This document shows positions 28,561 to 36,974 of a stretch of 52,128 bases of DNA, piece after piece. The notes below the pieces were generated by a model, which saw nothing but the letters and a program-made list of their open reading frames with translations, was not told the DNA's origin and made no database searches. The stretch comes from Chloroflexota bacterium (GTDB taxonomy: Bacteria; Chloroflexota; Anaerolineae; Anaerolineales; Anaerolineaceae). The stretch is taken from contig JAAZNB010000476.1 of the NCBI GenBank assembly GCA_012798515.1, forward strand, positions 1-52,128, written 5' to 3'. The stretch's first letter is position 1; each line of letters begins with the position of its first letter. Made by a program: the position numbers and the translations under genes.

Positions 28561-30885
28561 ATGAGTTCTTTGGAAGCTTATTGTGTAAAATGTCGAGCGA
28601 AACGCGAGATCCAGGACCCTCAACCAGAATATAATTCGGTTGGTGCGCCGGTTACCAGAGGCACCTGTCCGGTATGCGGGACGCGTCTATTCCGTACCGG
28701 ACGCACGCCGGAACATGAAGGCATTCAACCCCCGGTAAAGGAAAAAAGCAATGGCCAGGTGCGCAAAGGTAAACTGGTCATCGTCGAATCGCCGGCCAAA
28801 GCACGCACAGTGGGACGGTTTCTGGGAAAGGGTTATACGGTCAAGGCTTCGGTGGGGCACGTGCGTGACCTGCTGCGCTCGCAATTATCGGTAGACGTTG
28901 ATCACAACTTCGAGCCAAAATACCGCATTCCGAACGAAAAACGGCCGGTGGTCAAAGAGCTGAAACAGCTGGCCAACCACGCCGAAGAAGTGTACCTGGC
29001 CACAGACCCTGACCGCGAGGGAGAGGCCATTGCCTGGCACCTGTTAGAAGCAGCCGAGATCGACCCCAAGATCACCCGGCGGGTCGTTTTCCACGAGATC
29101 ACCCAACCTGCCATCGAAGATGCGTTTGCTCACACGCGCCAGATCGACATGAACCTGGTCAATGCCCAACAGGCGCGGCGCGTGATGGATCGATTGGTCG
29201 GGTATAGCATCAGCCCAATCCTGTGGGAGAAGGTGCGCAGCCGGCTTTCTGCCGGCCGGGTGCAGTCGGTCGCTTTACGCCTGCTGGTGGAACGTGAGCG
29301 CGAGATCGATAATTTCGTGCCGGTCGAATACTGGTCGATCGAAGCGGAATTGAAACCGGAAAACGGCAGCAGCACATTTTTGGCCCGCCTGGTGCGGATC
29401 GGTGATAAAGAACCGGAGCTGTCGAACAAAGGGATCGTCGATGCAGCGCTGGACGACCTGGAACAGGCCGATTACCAGATCCAGAAGATCAAGCGTTCAG
29501 AGCGGCGGCGTAAACCGTTGGCCCCGTTCATTACCAGCACGCTGCAACAAGAGGCCTCGCGCCGGCTGGGCTACACGGCCAAACGTACCATGGCCCTGGC
29601 ACAGCAACTCTACGAAGGCCTGGATGTGGGTGAGGGCGGCAATACCGGCCTGATCACATATATGCGTACGGATTCGACCAACATCTCGGAGATTGCCCTG
29701 AAAGAGGTCCGCCAGCTGGTTTTGAAGAATTACGGCCAGTCCTTCTTACCGTCTGCGCCGGTACATTACCGTACCCGGGCCAAGGGCGCCCAGGAAGCTC
29801 ACGAGGCCATCCGGCCCACTTCGGTGATGCGCCTGCCCGAGCAGATCAAGTCTAAACTGAGTTCGGACCAGTTCAAGCTGTACCAGTTGATCTGGCAGCG
29901 TTTCGTCGCCTGCCAGATGGAAGCGGCCGTGTACGATACGTTGTCGGTGGAAATCAGCGCCGATGCCGCCGCTCAGAATTACCTGCTGCGCAGTTCCGGC
30001 TCGACGCTTAAATTCCCCGGTTTCCTGGTGGTATACGAAGAGACCCAGGACGAGGACCAGAAGAACGAAGAAGGCGAAAATACGATCATCCCCAACGACC
30101 TGGAGGAAGGCCAGAAACAGGACCTGGTACGCTTGATCCCGGAACAACATTTTACGCAGCCGCCGCCCCGCTATACCGAGGCTTCCCTGGTACAGGTCCT
30201 GGAGGAAAATGGCATTGGCCGCCCGTCGACCTATGCGCCCATCCTGTCCACGATCCAGGATCGGGGTTACGTGGTCAGGGATGGCAAACGCCTGTTCCCG
30301 ACCGAGACGGGCATGCTGGTCAACGACCTGCTGGTCGAGCATTTTTCAGACATCGTCGACCCTGGTTTTACTGCCAACATGGAGGAAAACCTGGACGAAA
30401 TCTCCGTGGGTGGGCGCAACTGGTCTGAGGTGATCAGCGATTTCTATAGAGATTTTGCTCCGCAGCTGAAACGGGCTCAGGAATTGATGCCCGAGACGAA
30501 ATCGGAGCTGGAAAAAGTCGGCCGGCCATGCCCGAAGTGTGGACACGACCTGGTCATCCGCTGGGGGCGTTACGGAAAGTTCATCAGCTGTAGCAACTTC
30601 CCGGCCTGTCGCCACACTGAAGCTTTGTTGGAGAAGATTGGTGTGCAATGCCCGGAATGTGGCGGTGATATCGTACAAAGAAAGACCCGTAAGGGGCGGG
30701 TTTTCTACGGGTGCGCCAATTACCCGGAATGCCAGTTTACTTCCTGGAAACGCCCGGTGGCCGCGCCCTGCCCGAAATGTGGGGGCATGCTGGTTATTGC
30801 CAACAAACGTGAGTTTCAGTGCCTGCGTTGTGAAGAGACGTTTTTACAGGAAAAGGTAGAAAGCTCGGCTCCTGAAACGGCATGA
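28561..30885 (+). CDS. topA: DNA topoisomerase I with extra N-terminal zinc ribbon
   Basis: 774 aa. TOPRIM segment: KLVIVESPAKARTVGRFLG...VGHVRDL...DPDREGEAIAWH. Catalytic region: ITYMRTDS. Three C-terminal Zn ribbons: CPKCGHDL..CSNFPACRH, CPECGGDI..CANYPECQF, CPKCGGML..CLRCEE. There is also an N-terminal CxxC...CxxC ribbon (CVKCRAK...CPVCGTRLF). Confidence 0.97.
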   Translation: MSSLEAYCVKCRAKREIQDPQPEYNSVGAPVTRGTCPVCGTRLFRTGRTPEHEGIQPPVKEKSNGQVRKGKLVIVESPAKARTVGRFLGKGYTVKASVGHVRDLLRSQLSVDVDHNFEPKYRIPNEKRPVVKELKQLANHAEEVYLATDPDREGEAIAWHLLEAAEIDPKITRRVVFHEITQPAIEDAFAHTRQIDMNLVNAQQARRVMDRLVGYSISPILWEKVRSRLSAGRVQSVALRLLVEREREIDNFVPVEYWSIEAELKPENGSSTFLARLVRIGDKEPELSNKGIVDAALDDLEQADYQIQKIKRSERRRKPLAPFITSTLQQEASRRLGYTAKRTMALAQQLYEGLDVGEGGNTGLITYMRTDSTNISEIALKEVRQLVLKNYGQSFLPSAPVHYRTRAKGAQEAHEAIRPTSVMRLPEQIKSKLSSDQFKLYQLIWQRFVACQMEAAVYDTLSVEISADAAAQNYLLRSSGSTLKFPGFLVVYEETQDEDQKNEEGENTIIPNDLEEGQKQDLVRLIPEQHFTQPPPRYTEASLVQVLEENGIGRPSTYAPILSTIQDRGYVVRDGKRLFPTETGMLVNDLLVEHFSDIVDPGFTANMEENLDEISVGGRNWSEVISDFYRDFAPQLKRAQELMPETKSELEKVGRPCPKCGHDLVIRWGRYGKFISCSNFPACRHTEALLEKIGVQCPECGGDIVQRKTRKGRVFYGCANYPECQFTSWKRPVAAPCPKCGGMLVIANKREFQCLRCEETFLQEKVESSAPETA

Positions 30886-31087
30886 TGCTTGCACGGTACT
30901 GGTTGTAGATCGACTTACCGGTTGGGACGCGGGAAAGTGGTTTGGCGCGCGCGGATGGCCAGGAAAGAAGCAGTTGCTTTAGATGGAAATTCGTTCTAAA
31001 ATAAGCAAGAGTTCCATCGGTTTCTTGGCTGTTCTCGACAACATCATCAGGATCGGGGTTTTACGATACACCTGCAGGAGCTAGAAG

Positions 31088-32158
31088 ATGGATAGAATTC
31101 AGGAGCAACTGAACAGGCCGCTCGTGGCGGCCGCACTCGGATTCATTCTCGGTTTAATTATTGGTTTGCCTGTATTGGGGTGGGGCTTATTCCCGGTGGA
31201 ATGGACTGACGCATCGGTCGAGCATCTCCGAGAAGACCTCAAGCTGGATTATCTACGCATGTCGGTAGATTCCTATGCCCGGAATCAAGATGCGCAACTG
31301 GCACTCCAACGGTGGGACGAGTTAGGTTCGGGGGCCTCCGATCTTCTGGCGCAGCTCCAATTGGACCCGCGTTTGAATCCCCAGGACGTGTCTGCCTTTA
31401 CCACCCTGGTTGCTTCCGGGGCGACGTTGCCGGGCCCGGTTGCCACCAGCGCCGCGCCGACGACGGCGATGGGCACCGCCCTGCCCGGGGTTACGCCTAC
31501 CCGTGCAGCTACCTCTGAGGCGGCCCCGACCAGTCCGCTGGTCTTGTTGGGCGTCTTCTGTCTGCTGACACTGGTCATCGGCGGTGCCCTGGTATACGTG
31601 CTGGTGCTGCGCCGACGGGGCGGCGAAGGTGGGGGCGGCTTATTCAAATCCGTGCGCCAACCCCAAGAATCCGGCAGCCGCCAGGCAGCGCATACGCCGG
31701 AGTATACACCGGTGGGCCAGGACCCCCCCGTGGCCCAGTTTGTGACCACCTACGTGGGTGGGGACGACCTGTACGACGATTCGTTTAGCATCGATTCTCC
31801 CTCGGGTGAGTTCCTGGGTGAGTGCGGCGTGGGTATTTCGGAAACCATCGGCGTCGGCGATCCCAAGAAAGTGACTGCCTTCGAAGTGTGGCTGTTCGAC
31901 AAGAACGACATCCAGACTGTCACCAAAGTCTTGATGAGCGAGCATGCTTTCAACGACGCCAACACCAACCAGCGCCTGGCTTCCAAAGGCGAACCGGTGC
32001 TGGTGGAGCCGGGCGGCCATGTGATCCTGGAAACGGCCACCTTGCAGGTCGAAGCGCGGGTCGTGGACATGAACTACGGCCAGGGCGCGCTGCCGGCGGG
32101 CAGTTTCTTCGACCGTATGACGCTCGAACTATCTGTGTGGCAAAAGACGTCGGCTTAA
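31088..32158 (+). CDS. two-TM membrane protein with uncharacterised C-terminal domain
   Basis: 356 aa. TM1: LVAAALGFILGLIIGLPVLGWGLF. A ~110-aa intervening segment ends in a Pro/Thr/Ala-rich stretch. TM2: LVLLGVFCLLTLVIGGALVYVLVL is followed by RRRGGEGGGG. The ~170-aa C-terminal domain (YDDSFSIDSPSGEFLGECGVGISE...FEVWLFDKNDIQTV...LQVEARVVDMNYG) matches no family I recognise. Confidence 0.6.
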   Translation: MDRIQEQLNRPLVAAALGFILGLIIGLPVLGWGLFPVEWTDASVEHLREDLKLDYLRMSVDSYARNQDAQLALQRWDELGSGASDLLAQLQLDPRLNPQDVSAFTTLVASGATLPGPVATSAAPTTAMGTALPGVTPTRAATSEAAPTSPLVLLGVFCLLTLVIGGALVYVLVLRRRGGEGGGGLFKSVRQPQESGSRQAAHTPEYTPVGQDPPVAQFVTTYVGGDDLYDDSFSIDSPSGEFLGECGVGISETIGVGDPKKVTAFEVWLFDKNDIQTVTKVLMSEHAFNDANTNQRLASKGEPVLVEPGGHVILETATLQVEARVVDMNYGQGALPAGSFFDRMTLELSVWQKTSA

Positions 32159-32175
32159 GCCGGTCTGGTATGAAT

Positions 32176-32216
32176 AAAAAAAGCCGGGCGCTCACAAAGG
32201 GCCCGGCTTTATGTTT
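32176..32216. terminator. bidirectional intrinsic terminator between the 356-aa membrane protein gene and greA
   Basis: AAAGCCGGGC (32180-32189) pairs with GCCCGGCTTT (32201-32210) around an 11-nt loop. It is flanked by an A-run on the left and a T-rich stretch on the right, so it can serve both convergent genes. Confidence 0.75.
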
Positions 32217-32230
32217 GGGATTGTTTGGCT

Positions 32231-32701
32231 CTATTCGATTTTGAGGATCTTGAAACGCAGCGAACCGGTGGGGGTATCTGCTGTGACGACGTCGCCCTCG
32301 TGGTGCCCGATCAGGGCCCGGCCGATGGGGGATTCGTGGGAGATGCGTCCCTGGGTCGGGTCGGCTTCTTTAGGCCCGACCAGGTAGTATGTTTCGGGAG
32401 GAAAATCGTCTTCCTGGATCGTGACGCTGGATCCGATGCCAACCTCGTTGGGTTTCTTTTCGATGTCGTCAATGATCACTGCATTACGGAGAATCTGATC
32501 CAATTCCAGGATGCGTCCTTCGAGGAAGCCCTGTTCTTCTTTGGCGGCGCTGTAATCCGCGTTTTCGGACAGATCCCCTTGCTGGATGGCGGCGCGCAGG
32601 CGCTGCGCCAGCTGTTCACGGGCAGGGCCTTTTAAATACTCGACCTCTTCTCGTAAACGCTCCGCCCCTTCTGCAGTTAAGTACGATACCTCATTGGCCA
32701 T
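32231..32701 (-). CDS. greA: transcription elongation factor GreA
   Basis: 156 aa. It has LTAEGAERLREEVEYLK...GDLSENADYSAAKEEQGFLEGRILEL, a coiled-coil finger with acidic tip, and a C-terminal FKBP-like domain. Confidence 0.95.
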   Translation of the reverse strand: MANEVSYLTAEGAERLREEVEYLKGPAREQLAQRLRAAIQQGDLSENADYSAAKEEQGFLEGRILELDQILRNAVIIDDIEKKPNEVGIGSSVTIQEDDFPPETYYLVGPKEADPTQGRISHESPIGRALIGHHEGDVVTADTPTGSLRFKILKIE

Positions 32702-32739
32702 AATCGCTCCTGTAAATGATGAATGATCCCAATTGATTC

Positions 32740-33894
32740 TTAGGGCAAGGTCATCGGGTCGAAGAGTTTGTTATGTTCGTCGATGGCAAAACGGTCTGTC
32801 ATCCCGGCGATATAGTCACAAATCGTTCTTTCGAGAGACCAGGTCCCCATCCGTTGCTGAACGTGCCGGGGGAGGATGGATGGTTCTTCCCGATATGCGG
32901 TGAACAGGTCGGATAAGATCCGTTCGGCTTTGACAGCCATGCGCACGACCCGGTGGTGGCGATACAGATTGTTGAAGAGAAAGTCTTTGAGCTGCCGGTT
33001 GCGACGGTTCATCTCTTCAGAGAAACCGACCACATTATACGGTAGACGCTGTAAATCGTCCACGGTACGGGCGTTGCTTTCGCGTAAATGCTGGTCTGTG
33101 CACTGTACCAGGTCTGTTACCTCGGTGCCGATCAGGCGGCGGATGATGCGATGGCGAGCCAGGTCGGTGAGTCCATCCTCTTTGTGCCAACCGACGCTGT
33201 TGGTGATGATAACCCACAGGTCCAGTTCCTCCAACATGTCGGTGGTGATCATACCGGAGCGCAGGCCGTCGTCCAGGTCGTGAGCAGTATACGCCAGCTC
33301 ATCGGCGGCGTTACAAATCTGGGCTTCCAGGTGGCCGCGCAGCTCCGGGTTGAAATCGCGGGCGTCTGAAATATCGTATTCCGTCTCGTGTTTGACGATG
33401 CCTTCCAGGACTTCCCAGGTCAGGTTCAGGCCAGGGTATTCTGGATAGCGCTGTTCGAGCTCGGTCACAATCCGGAAGGATTGTTTGTTGTGATCAAAGC
33501 CACCGTAATCGTGCATGAGTTTGGCGAGGATGGCCTCGCCGGAGTGTCCAAACGGAGGATGGCCCAGGTCGTGCGCCATACAGATGGCTTCGACCATGTC
33601 TTCATTGGCGCCCAGGGCGCGGGCAACGGTGCGGCCGGTCTGGGTGACCTCCAGGGTGTGGGTGAGACGTGTGCGGTAGTAATCCCCCTCGTAATTAATG
33701 AAGACCTGGGTCTTGTATTCGAGGCGACGGAAAGCTGTGGTATGCAGAATGCGGTCCCGGTCGCGTTGAAAGCGGGTCCGGTAATCGGGCTCATCCTCGG
33801 GATGAAGCCGGCCGCGGGAATCTTTACTCTTGATCCCGTACGGGGCCAGGTTGCGTTCTTCGATGTCCTCCAGTTGCGAGCGAGTGAAGATCAT
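32740..33894 (-). CDS. dgt: dGTPase-like deoxynucleoside triphosphate triphosphohydrolase (HD domain)
   Basis: 384 aa. It has FQRDRDRILHTTAFRRLEYKTQVF, RLTHTLEVTQTGRTVARAL, and HDLGHPPFGH (HD motif), with the C-terminal DYIAGMTDRFA. Confidence 0.9.
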   Translation of the reverse strand: MIFTRSQLEDIEERNLAPYGIKSKDSRGRLHPEDEPDYRTRFQRDRDRILHTTAFRRLEYKTQVFINYEGDYYRTRLTHTLEVTQTGRTVARALGANEDMVEAICMAHDLGHPPFGHSGEAILAKLMHDYGGFDHNKQSFRIVTELEQRYPEYPGLNLTWEVLEGIVKHETEYDISDARDFNPELRGHLEAQICNAADELAYTAHDLDDGLRSGMITTDMLEELDLWVIITNSVGWHKEDGLTDLARHRIIRRLIGTEVTDLVQCTDQHLRESNARTVDDLQRLPYNVVGFSEEMNRRNRQLKDFLFNNLYRHHRVVRMAVKAERILSDLFTAYREEPSILPRHVQQRMGTWSLERTICDYIAGMTDRFAIDEHNKLFDPMTLP

Positions 33895-34165
33895 TTCTCT
33901 CTCCTTCCCTCACGGCGCTACCGGGCCGGGGAGATCCCATGCGGCGCACGACGCTGCGGTGAGGTATTTCTGAAAAATCAACCCTTGGAGATGCCGGCAA
34001 AGTGGGGACGGGGATGAGTTGAACGCGCTGGGGACCTAAAAAGGTACAAGTACTGCTCAAAGCAATCAATACCCCTCTTTGCCCGGTTCGAATAAATGTA
34101 ATCACTCAGGGGGTGAAGGCAGATTTGGGTTCCTTTTACCTCCGGCTGAGTCGTTACGAATATTT

Positions 34166-34960
34166 TTAATCTTTAAAGATTATAGTACCGGGTGATTCTC
34201 CAAGCAAGGCACGATAAACGGCCTGTTCTTGATTACCGGAGAAGATGAGCGCTTGCAAACCAGGGACCTCTGCGCAGATACGCAGCATGCTTTCGACTTT
34301 TTTAGCCATACCACCGGTGACGTCCACTGCCCACGAGCCTCCCACGTTCTGGGAGTAGTGCTGGTAGGTCTGGTGGGTGAGGGTTTGCACCAGGCGTTGG
34401 CGTTGGGGATAATCGGCCCACACACCCGGTTCGTTTCCGGCCAGCAGAATGCGTTGAGGGGCCAGTTCTCGGGCCAGGTGCATGAATAATTCCTCAGTGG
34501 ATAGGATGGTGCCCCCCATTTGGGTGTCGAAAATGACGTCGCCATATATGACCGGGATCAGACCGGATTGAAGCGCACGCCGGATGGGGGTGATGTGCCA
34601 CTGCTCGACTTTGCCTTGATTGGCGATACAGGCGGCTGAGGCGGGAAAAGCCATGACCGGCAGGCCGGTCTGTTGGAATGCATCCAGCACAATCTGGTCG
34701 AGCGCGCGCGCCTGTCGCCAGACTTCGGTGAAGCCGGCCCATTGTGCGGCCCCCTGTACGCCGTGACGTGTACCATGTTTCTGAGCCGCCACGTGACCGA
34801 AAGACCCGGAACCATGTCCCAGAACAAGCTGGAGCTCCGGGTTCTCACGCTGCGCGGCGGCCACCTCAGCCGCCAGGCGGGCCAGCGTTTTGCGCCGGGC
34901 CGTGTAGGCCCTGGCCTTCTGAGTGATGAGGGAACCGCCTAATTTGAGAAAGTAGAGCAT
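34166..34960 (-). CDS. ipk: isopentenyl phosphate kinase
   Basis: The ORF track extends to 35158, where it overlaps mvk. The ATG at 34960 (AAGG upstream) gives MLYFLKLGGSLIT... Amino-acid-kinase fold motifs are shared with archaeal IPKs: LKLGGS, LGHGSGSFGH, VIYGDVIF, VDVTGGM, ALLGESPGTII. Confidence 0.85.
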   Translation of the reverse strand: MLYFLKLGGSLITQKARAYTARRKTLARLAAEVAAAQRENPELQLVLGHGSGSFGHVAAQKHGTRHGVQGAAQWAGFTEVWRQARALDQIVLDAFQQTGLPVMAFPASAACIANQGKVEQWHITPIRRALQSGLIPVIYGDVIFDTQMGGTILSTEELFMHLARELAPQRILLAGNEPGVWADYPQRQRLVQTLTHQTYQHYSQNVGGSWAVDVTGGMAKKVESMLRICAEVPGLQALIFSGNQEQAVYRALLGESPGTIIFKD

Positions 34961-34970
34961 CAGATTAGCC

Positions 34971-35930
34971 TTACCGGTTGGCAACAGTGGGATGGATGTG
35001 GCTGACCAGGGTACGGGAGGAACCGGCCTGGCGTAGCGCGGCCTGAATCGAATCGACGCGCTCCTGTGGCGCCAGGGCGATGATATTGCCCCCGCCGCCG
35101 GCGCCGGATAACTTGGCGCCCAGGGCCCCGGCCTGACCGGCGACCCGGACCAACTCATCCAGCTGTGGGGTAGAAACCCCGATCTGCTGCAAGAGCTGGT
35201 GGTTGGTGTTCATCAGCTGGCCCAACAGTTCCAGCTGGGCTTTTTGAATGGCGTGGCGGGCTTTTTCGACCAGCGCAGCCATGGCGTCGAAGCGGGCTTC
35301 GTACGTCTCGACGGCCTGCTCGTAACGTTGGCGCACGCCCTGTACCATCTCGGCCGTCGAGCTCTGGATGCCGCTGTCGGCGATGATCAGGGTGAACTGG
35401 CCACCGACGGGCAGGATCTGGTAGGGCTGGCCGCGGGTGAACAGGATCGGTTGAGAGTAGGTAATCACGGTGTTGTCGATGCCGGAAGGCGTACCGTGGT
35501 AATACTTTTCGGCTTCGTAAGAGAGCTCACATACCTGTTGGTCGGCCAGTGGGTGGCCAAGGAAGGCGGATAGGCTGCGCAGCATGGCCACCGACACCGC
35601 CGCACCGGAGCCCAGTCCGGCCGCCAGCGGGATGGTCGAAGTGATGTGCAGGTGCAGGGCGGGCAGGTGGGGAAGCCCCATGGCCTGCTTGAGCAGCTGG
35701 ATAAGGGTGCGGAAAGGATGCTGTTCGGGGAGCTCATCCAGCCGGGTGTTCAGGCCGATGCCCGGAGCGTCGATCCATACTTCGCCGGAGGGCGCCCCCG
35801 GCCTGGCCATGACGACGGCTTTGGCCCTTACCTGGTGGACGGGCACGGCTATGGCGGGACGTTGGTAGACGACCGCATGTTCACCGAACAGGATGGCCTT
35901 CCCGGGGGCAGAAGCACTTATGGCAGGCAT
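34971..35930 (-). CDS. mvk: mevalonate kinase (GHMP family)
   Basis: 319 aa. It has APGKAILFGEHAVVY, the GHMP motif II IPLAAGLGSGAAVSVA, HGTPSGIDN and motif III KLSGAGGGGNIIAL. Confidence 0.88.
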   Translation of the reverse strand: MPAISASAPGKAILFGEHAVVYQRPAIAVPVHQVRAKAVVMARPGAPSGEVWIDAPGIGLNTRLDELPEQHPFRTLIQLLKQAMGLPHLPALHLHITSTIPLAAGLGSGAAVSVAMLRSLSAFLGHPLADQQVCELSYEAEKYYHGTPSGIDNTVITYSQPILFTRGQPYQILPVGGQFTLIIADSGIQSSTAEMVQGVRQRYEQAVETYEARFDAMAALVEKARHAIQKAQLELLGQLMNTNHQLLQQIGVSTPQLDELVRVAGQAGALGAKLSGAGGGGNIIALAPQERVDSIQAALRQAGSSRTLVSHIHPTVANR

Positions 35931-35943
35931 GGTCGTGAAAGGG

Positions 35944-36825
35944 TCAGGTGAGGTAGAAAATGATCAGGACGGCCAGGGCCCACAGCGCGATAGCGATCTG
36001 GAGGGGGCGGTCTTTGAGCAGAAGCTCTTCGGGCTCTCCCCCCACACCTTCCACCTGCATCAGATAGAGATAGCGAAAGATGCCGTACAAGACGAATGGG
36101 ATGGTCAGCATCATGGTGTGGTTATCGGGCAGGTTGGGAGCAGAGAAGGTGTACAAGCTGTAGGCCACGATGGTCGTGCTGGACACCACCATGATGAGCT
36201 GGTCCAGAAGGGGCAGCGTGTATCCATCCAGTACCCGGCGGTGTGAATTAGCGTTTTGGGACAACAGGGTGAGCTCAGCACGCCGTTTGCCAAAGCCGAT
36301 GTACAGAGCCAGCAGGGTGGTCACCACGTACAGCCAGGGCGAGAAGCGTTCCACATGGATCACGCTGACGCCGGCAGCGACGCGCAGGACGAAACCGGCG
36401 GCGATGATCATCACGTCGACCAGGGGGACGTGTTTCAGCCAGTTCGAGTAGGCCACATTCATCAAGAAATAGGCTACCAGGATGGCGGCGAACATGGGCG
36501 AGAGCAGGTAAGCCAGGGGGAAACAAATCGCCAGGATTGCCACCGTGGCGGCTATGGCGGTTGGGATGGGGACGATACCGGCAGCAATGGGGCGGTTACG
36601 CTTCGTGGGGTGTTGGCGGTCCGCTTCGACATCGACGATGTCGTTCAGCAGATAGACCGCGCTGGACACCAGACAAAACAAAATAAAACCAACTAACGAA
36701 TGTAACAGGGCAGTGACGTTGGTTAGTTGGCGGTCGAAGACGAGAGCGGCCAGTACGAAGGCATTTTTGGTCCACTGGCGAGGACGCAGGCTTTTGATCA
36801 ATCCCCGAATCATGGCATTTATCAT
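35944..36825 (-). CDS. UbiA-family prenyltransferase, decaprenyl-phosphate phosphoribosyltransferase (DPPR synthase)-like
   Basis: 293 aa and polytopic. It has the N-terminal LRPRQWTKNAFVLAALVF and the Asp-rich motif LLNDIVDVEADRQHPTKRNRPIAAG. The later GKRRAEL and C-terminal GEPEELLLKDRPLQI closely parallel what I recall of the Rv3806c-type subfamily. Confidence 0.75.
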   Translation of the reverse strand: MINAMIRGLIKSLRPRQWTKNAFVLAALVFDRQLTNVTALLHSLVGFILFCLVSSAVYLLNDIVDVEADRQHPTKRNRPIAAGIVPIPTAIAATVAILAICFPLAYLLSPMFAAILVAYFLMNVAYSNWLKHVPLVDVMIIAAGFVLRVAAGVSVIHVERFSPWLYVVTTLLALYIGFGKRRAELTLLSQNANSHRRVLDGYTLPLLDQLIMVVSSTTIVAYSLYTFSAPNLPDNHTMMLTIPFVLYGIFRYLYLMQVEGVGGEPEELLLKDRPLQIAIALWALAVLIIFYLT

Positions 36826-36974
36826 ATCATATCTTTCTAAAAGCGCAGAGGATTTTAGCTCACCTGGAGCCGGGCTTTCGCTTTTATGAGCTGCTCGGCG
36901 GCGTTTGGCGTGTAGCTCGCCTCAATCGGCCGGCTGCATAGGCCGCTGAGGGATTGCGTTGTAAAATATACGCA

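Noticed and set aside
30983-31084. 33-codon upstream ORF (MEIRSKISKSSIGFLAVLDNIIRIGVLRYTCRS) ending 3 nt before the ATG of the 356-aa membrane protein gene.
   Set aside because: Only a weak purine-rich stretch precedes it, I cannot assess conservation, and it lies in AT-richer spacer DNA. It could be a leader peptide, but there is no positive evidence.
34084-34096. GGTTCGAAT, a T-loop-like string that might indicate a tRNA. Other GGTTCGA strings occur at about 4636, 4708 and 20643.
   Set aside because: None continues as GGTTCGAATCC with a matching T-stem, and none has acceptor or anticodon stems around it. Three of the four lie inside coding sequence. No tRNA, rRNA, tmRNA or SRP RNA could be supported anywhere in the window.
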